Virus record (IMG/VR): IMGVR_UViG_3300031414_000012
Location: 39,149 to 103,148 of that record
Length of the DNA: 64,000 bases
Reading direction: 5' to 3' (one strand)
Source: a virus
Shown: positions 59,548-64,000 of the stretch, piece after piece
Layout: every line of letters begins with the position of its first letter
Numbering within the stretch: position 1 is the first letter of the stretch
The notes under the pieces: generated by a model
Databases searched by the model: none
What the model saw: the letters and a program-made list of their open reading frames with translations, nothing else
What the model was told of the DNA's origin: nothing
Program-made: the position numbers and the translations under genes

Positions 59548-60632
59548 TACTGCCCTCCAGTACTAAACCACTTACCAAATCCCTCACGATGAGTCATTCG
59601 AATTATCTGCCCCATGAGAGAGTCTAGCAATTCCATTACCAGCACGAACCACGACCGTTCACCGCTTGCCTTTTCATAGCGACTGCGACGATCGAAAGAA
59701 TGTGTTGCGCCTTGAGCTGAACTTGCACCTGCACCGCCTTTACCACCGGTTGACTGCGCCTGGGGTTGTGCGTTAAAGTTAGGATGGCGTTCTGCGCGAT
59801 CGCGTAAGCGTTCGGAGATACTCCTATTACTAAAACCACTCCCGCCGCTTGCTGCTTTCTTACCTGACGGCATAGATTGATTATCCATGAAAGACTCCGC
59901 CTCAGAGTGTCTTTCAAATATGGCAAGGTTTTCTTCAGCCCTACACAATTCACAAGTGCTGTAACATTTTACTTCTAGATCTCCAATCTCGTTTAAAGTG
60001 GTTACATAGACACCTGGCATTTTGCCTGCAATGTGTGATGGTGTCGCCCGTACTACTTCAACTGCTTTAACCCCCGCTATAAAGATAGCTTCACGATTGT
60101 CGTCCACATACTCAACTGCTTGTAGGCGGCCCCTAAACTTACTGTCCCGACCGACGAAATTACTCAACGGACTACCGGATACACTCCGCCAATCACAATT
60201 ACCCACACCGATCAGAATCCCAGACACAGCGTCCTTGTGTATAGTACTGTCTACGAGATTATATTCACTTATCGAGAAACCATACTCGTATACCGTACAG
60301 CGTCCTGTGCTGTGCACATTGCCTTGCTCAACTGCTGCGCTAATTAGTTCGTTCATATACGTCCCGATGGATTGATTGGGAATATCAGTTGGAACCTCCA
60401 GTGTAACAATAACGCTAACGCCAGATCTTTCCCTATGATCACCGGTGATGCTGGCTGCATTAATGACTCCGTAACGATTATCGTAATAGGTTATTGCTTT
60501 ACTGGATAGGTTTAATACGGTAGTGGTTACCTTGATAGATTGTACACCGCCGTAGAAACCCAGTAGAGTACGGATCTCTCCGTTATCTAAAGCGCAACAA
60601 AGGGCAGGTCGTATTATTGGATGGCGCGCCAT
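59547..60632 (-). CDS. Hypothetical protein
   Basis: Long ORF between the MCP and RNAP genes; start uncertain (60632 or 60692). Confidence 0.55.
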   Translation of the reverse strand: MARHPIIRPALCCALDNGEIRTLLGFYGGVQSIKVTTTVLNLSSKAITYYDNRYGVINAASITGDHRERSGVSVIVTLEVPTDIPNQSIGTYMNELISAAVEQGNVHSTGRCTVYEYGFSISEYNLVDSTIHKDAVSGILIGVGNCDWRSVSGSPLSNFVGRDSKFRGRLQAVEYVDDNREAIFIAGVKAVEVVRATPSHIAGKMPGVYVTTLNEIGDLEVKCYSTCELCRAEENLAIFERHSEAESFMDNQSMPSGKKAASGGSGFSNRSISERLRDRAERHPNFNAQPQAQSTGGKGGAGASSAQGATHSFDRRSRYEKASGERSWFVLVMELLDSLMGQIIRMTHREGFGKWFSTGGQ

Positions 60633-60695
60633 ACTTCTCAACCCTCTCGTACTTTTCGTTTTTGCAAATGGGTACCGCCATCTACATGCCACTAG

Positions 60696-60713
60696 GATAA
60701 TATATACTTGAAA
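60696..60713 (-). promoter_or_regulatory. Putative early promoter for the nvRNAP operon
   Basis: TTTCAAGTATATATTATC, similar to the phiKZ early consensus. Confidence 0.5.
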
Positions 60714-60749
60714 TCGACTTGGATCGGAGTAGCGGCATAAAAGGAAGAA

Positions 60750-60775
60750 GGACTACTCCCCGAAGGGAGTAGCCC
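60750..60775 (-). terminator. MCP transcript terminator
   Basis: GGGCTACTCCC-TTCG-GGGAGTAGTCC-TTCTTCCTTTTATGCCG. Confidence 0.85.
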
Positions 60776-60779
60776 GTCT

Positions 60780-60914
60780 CTGTCTGACCAAGGATCGCTT
60801 GGTGTTTCCAAGAACCACTAAGTAAACCGTCTGGTCAGCAGCTGTTGACCGTCATCAGTTTACCTGTTCCGGGGTGAACCCCGTTAACTTAGTATTCTGG
60901 ATGACATCAGACAG
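60780..60914 (-). other. Structured RNA element 3' of the MCP UGA (candidate readthrough stimulator)
   Basis: Nested stems CUGUCUGA/UCAGACAG and ACUAAGU/ACUUAGU; hairpins CGGGG/CCCCG, GGUCA/UGACC, CCAAG/CUUGG. Confidence 0.6.
60855..60914 (-). CDS. Putative readthrough extension of the MCP (LSDVIQNTKLTGFTPEQVN)
   Basis: In frame after UGA-C, closed by TGA TGA; matches the array C-terminal motif. Confidence 0.65.
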   Translation of the reverse strand: MSDVIQNTKLTGFTPEQVN

Positions 60915-63209
60915 TCACTCGCCAGTAGCGCCGCCGTTTCCGCCTTCGCTGCCGCCGTTACCACCAGTACCGCCTTCGCTACCGCCATTGCCACCGGTGC
61001 CACCTTCGCTGGTGTCTTTCACAGCTTTGCTGTTGACGTCCAGCTGAGTGCGGGTCGCAGTTGCGATATCCAGGTTCTTAACTTCGATCATGCCCATGAT
61101 AGGCAGGTTGGTGATCTGAAGGTTACGCATCTGGATCATGGTCTCGCGGTTGATCGCGCCGTGACGCGGAACCGGTACCACAGAAGACAGCTCTGGGATG
61201 TAGATGTGTGAACCGAAGCTCAGCGCATCTGGCTCAGAGGTGTTCTTACGAACGAACGCCAGTACGATTTTGCCAACCATACGTTTGTCCGGAGACGCAA
61301 CGATGGTGTGGTCCATACCGATGCTCAGGGTGCGAGTATCGCCAGTTACCATCAGGAACTGCTGGGTAACGATGTCGGTACCTACAACCAGGTGTGGACG
61401 CTCAGAGCGGCCTTCAGCATCAGCATCCAGCGCAGCCTGGTAGTTAGAGTCACGCACCAGCTCGTAAGCCATGTTGCGGATCGGAGTTACCAGAGCACCC
61501 TGGATATCTTCAGCGCGCTGTGCAGACTGAACAGAGTTGACTTCTTTCGCCAGATCGATTTCCAGGTACTTGAAGGTAGGCTCTACCAGCAGACGGCCGA
61601 CACCAGGAACGGTGGTCAGTGAAGATTTGAAGAAGCTGGTCTGAGTTGCGGCTTTCAGATCGTCAGCGTAGTTCAGCAGCAGGGTAACTGCGTTGTTGTT
61701 GGTACGGATGTTCGCAGAGTTGATCAGCGCTTGCAGATCTTTAGCGGACTTATCAGTCGCCAGCGGAGCAACGGTGCTCAGCGGTGAGCTGATTGGAACG
61801 GTGTAACGCTCTGCGTATTCGGTTACGTCAACCAGCAGACCCTGGGTACGACGGTTGGCGTTGTTACGACGACCAAACAGTTCGAAACCGAACGGAGCCA
61901 GTTTCAGTGCATCGATGATCGCTTTAGCAGATGCGTCGTTCAGAGAAACAGGTTCGTTCTGCTCGTCGAATACTGCTTTAACTTCCAGGCCGGTAGCGTT
62001 CAGGTTGATGTTGCCGTACTCGACAGACATGCGACCTACAACGTCAACTGCAACGCGCAGTTTCAGACCATTCAGGTTAGCCAGTTCCGGCGCAACCACA
62101 CCAGCGGTGTTTTTGGTTTCGGCGGTCAGCAGCAGATCCTGAGTAGTGAACTGGAAGTTCATCTCACGGCTATCGCCTTCTACCGATTTAACAGCACCGG
62201 CACGAGGTGAGCGACGCACGTTGAATGCAACGACAGAGTCGCCAACAGACAGATAGATGTTGTCCAGACGAGCGTACGCATCGATTGCGTCGGTGTTGTC
62301 AACAACGCCAGCTTTCAGCAGCTGATCAGTCTGAGACACGCCCAGCAGGTCGATGGTTTTGCCGAATTTCAGCGGTGCAGTTTCAACATCATAGCCGTCA
62401 ACCGGCACGGTGCGCACTGGCACTTTGGTAACGTCAACGAAGTTGTCTTTGCTTTCTTCACGGTAAACCGGAACCAGCAGAGTCGATTCGTTAGACAGGA
62501 TGTTGTGGTCGCGGAACGCTTCCAGCAGGTTCACTTTTTCCAGATCCATCGGCTTGCCGGTGACTGGGTGCAGTTTACGGTTCAGAACCATGTTACGGCG
62601 GACGCGAACGTCGGTACCGATCTGCTCAGGTGAAACTACGTAGGTAGGGAAGAACGCTTCTGCGAAGTCAGCCTGACGCGCAGTTGCAGCAGCGAATACG
62701 GTAGAGAATGCGATGTGCTTACGCAGTTCGTTCTCGTCGTATGACTCCAGACCGAATGCGGCATTTTCCAGGTACTGCATGTCGCCATGCGCGCCTTCAG
62801 CGATCGCGTTGACTTTACGGCCCTGAGAAGAATCTTTGAAATCTTCAACAGAGGCAGCCAGGCCGCGCTGTAAGTAACCAACCGGGTCACCAGCGGCCAT
62901 CATCACGATGGAAGCAGCTTCTTTAGAAGCATTGGTACGACGCTCGTCCAGGTAGCCCAGACCAGAATCGTTGTTAGATGCGCCAGACAGGCCCATGTGG
63001 TCGAACATGCTTTCCAGGGACTGAGTTGCACCACCGGCAACGTCACGGACTTCGGCCAGTTCGGCGTCAGACAGTGATTCCAGTGACGCTACGCGATCAG
63101 CCAGTTGTTTGCTGAATACGCCGACGCTTTGTTTGGTGATGTGGCTGTTAACCGCGCTCACTGCCTCAGACAGATTGCTGCGAGTTTTGGTATCAAAGAG
63201 CTTACCCAT
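60915..63209 (-). CDS. Major capsid protein (phiKZ gp120-like)
   Basis: 764 aa; strong codon bias; propeptide with SLE/S, SVE/D and GLE/S protease sites; AARQADFAEAFFPT-type motif; Gly-rich tail. Confidence 0.88.
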   Translation of the reverse strand: MGKLFDTKTRSNLSEAVSAVNSHITKQSVGVFSKQLADRVASLESLSDAELAEVRDVAGGATQSLESMFDHMGLSGASNNDSGLGYLDERRTNASKEAASIVMMAAGDPVGYLQRGLAASVEDFKDSSQGRKVNAIAEGAHGDMQYLENAAFGLESYDENELRKHIAFSTVFAAATARQADFAEAFFPTYVVSPEQIGTDVRVRRNMVLNRKLHPVTGKPMDLEKVNLLEAFRDHNILSNESTLLVPVYREESKDNFVDVTKVPVRTVPVDGYDVETAPLKFGKTIDLLGVSQTDQLLKAGVVDNTDAIDAYARLDNIYLSVGDSVVAFNVRRSPRAGAVKSVEGDSREMNFQFTTQDLLLTAETKNTAGVVAPELANLNGLKLRVAVDVVGRMSVEYGNINLNATGLEVKAVFDEQNEPVSLNDASAKAIIDALKLAPFGFELFGRRNNANRRTQGLLVDVTEYAERYTVPISSPLSTVAPLATDKSAKDLQALINSANIRTNNNAVTLLLNYADDLKAATQTSFFKSSLTTVPGVGRLLVEPTFKYLEIDLAKEVNSVQSAQRAEDIQGALVTPIRNMAYELVRDSNYQAALDADAEGRSERPHLVVGTDIVTQQFLMVTGDTRTLSIGMDHTIVASPDKRMVGKIVLAFVRKNTSEPDALSFGSHIYIPELSSVVPVPRHGAINRETMIQMRNLQITNLPIMGMIEVKNLDIATATRTQLDVNSKAVKDTSEGGTGGNGGSEGGTGGNGGSEGGNGGATGE

Positions 63210-63294
63210 TATTTATATCCTTCAACGTTGAAGATTAAGCAGTGACAGTGTATATACAGTAATGCATAGTATTACAATATATAAAGTCAGTTTC

Positions 63295-63837
63295 CTATAG
63301 AGAACTTTGCTTCTGATTGGCTACAATGAATGCGTCGAGCACCCGGGAATGTATCGCTTGGTCGTATCCGACCATCAGGCTCAGCTGATTCATAGCAGCA
63401 GAGAAATAGTCAATATACGTCACATATATTGATGTTGTACGGCCCAATAAAAAGAGCGTAGTGTTGCTGAGGCTGCGTGGCTCATAGAATGCTACACGGA
63501 GATCAGTAGGTACCGGAATACCTTCGCCGACGAATTGGTCGCCAGACAATTGGATCTCTGCTTCACAATCATTGATCAACTCCGCATGCGCTTGTACCCA
63601 CGCCGCATTATCTGGGTGGTCTACAATATTACGCATATTATCGTAAACACCGTCAGTGAAAGTGTTCACGCGTTTAGCGTAAGAATAATAAAAAGATACA
63701 TCACGCTCAGATAATATGCTAGCCAAGCGCTCAAAACTTTCAAGGTCTTTTAGAGTCAGTCGACCAGAATCGACGTGAGCCGTCAACCACGGAGGAACAG
63801 CACTCACATAGAGTGTGTCTACAAGACTAGGTTTCAT
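63295..63837 (-). CDS. Conserved hypothetical/virion protein
   Basis: 180 aa; AAGGA RBS; between the helicase and MCP genes. Confidence 0.6.
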   Translation of the reverse strand: MKPSLVDTLYVSAVPPWLTAHVDSGRLTLKDLESFERLASILSERDVSFYYSYAKRVNTFTDGVYDNMRNIVDHPDNAAWVQAHAELINDCEAEIQLSGDQFVGEGIPVPTDLRVAFYEPRSLSNTTLFLLGRTTSIYVTYIDYFSAAMNQLSLMVGYDQAIHSRVLDAFIVANQKQSSL

Positions 63838-63889
63838 ATTTATTCCTTCAATATAGAAGCAAAAGACTTATAACAAGGTAACACGTACA

Positions 63890-64000
63890 ATGGATACTAA
63901 ACTCGTTTTATTCAAATGCATCATGTTACTCTATTGGGAATCCCGCGTGCCGAACCCGATAGACAACTCAGCTTCTTTAGTAAAGGAACTGCTGTCGAAG
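63890..64000 (+). CDS. N-terminus of a probable DnaB-like helicase (phiKZ gp118-like), 3'-partial
   Basis: MDTKLVLFKCIMLLYWES...NSASLVKELL resembles the N-terminus of phiKZ-family helicases; gene order. Confidence 0.55.
   Translation, partial: MDTKLVLFKCIMLLYWESRVPNPIDNSASLVKELLSK

Noticed and set aside
60800-60860. CUGAUGA on the minus strand suggesting a hammerhead ribozyme
   Set aside because: The following GGUCA/UGACC stem is followed by AGAC, not GAAA; UGAUGA is better explained as the double stop of the extension.
60915-60917. Genome-wide UGA recoding or selenocysteine insertion
   Set aside because: TGA ends other genes and is often backed by further stops (17983 TGATAG, 26999 TGATAA); long genes have no internal TGAs; there is no redox context or recognisable bacterial SECIS.
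1-64000. CRISPR arrays, tRNAs, introns/inteins, transposases
   Set aside because: No regularly spaced repeats, cloverleaf motifs, interrupted conserved genes or transposase/homing-endonuclease motifs were seen by eye.

Overview
This window is part of a phiKZ-like (Chimalliviridae-type) jumbo myophage genome. It carries the C-terminal part of the tape-measure/lytic transglycosylase protein, split RNA polymerase beta subunits (virion gp149-like and non-virion gp123-like), UvsX/RecA, RNase HI, SbcC/Rad50, RuvC, thymidylate kinase, a tail spike and tail fibres, a GH108 endolysin with an i-spanin and an embedded o-spanin, the portal, the major capsid protein (MCP) and the start of a DnaB-like helicase. 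A 14-kb array of paralogous virion proteins (36.3-50.4 kb) includes three giant LRR proteins. Two unusual systems stand out. (1) The MCP ends in a Gly-rich linker and a leaky UGA-C stop, followed by a structured RNA and an in-frame 19-codon extension (LSDVIQNTKLTGFTPEQVN). This extension matches the C-terminal peptide motif of the paralog array, suggesting that programmed readthrough anchors modular, LRR-tipped fibres on the capsid. (2) An orphan tail-fibre tip cassette shares a perfect, in-frame 44-bp direct repeat with the downstream full fibre gene. Mutually exclusive hairpins sit over that gene's RBS, suggesting a recombinase-free host-range switch. phiKZ gene equivalences come from motif recognition and gene order, not database searches.
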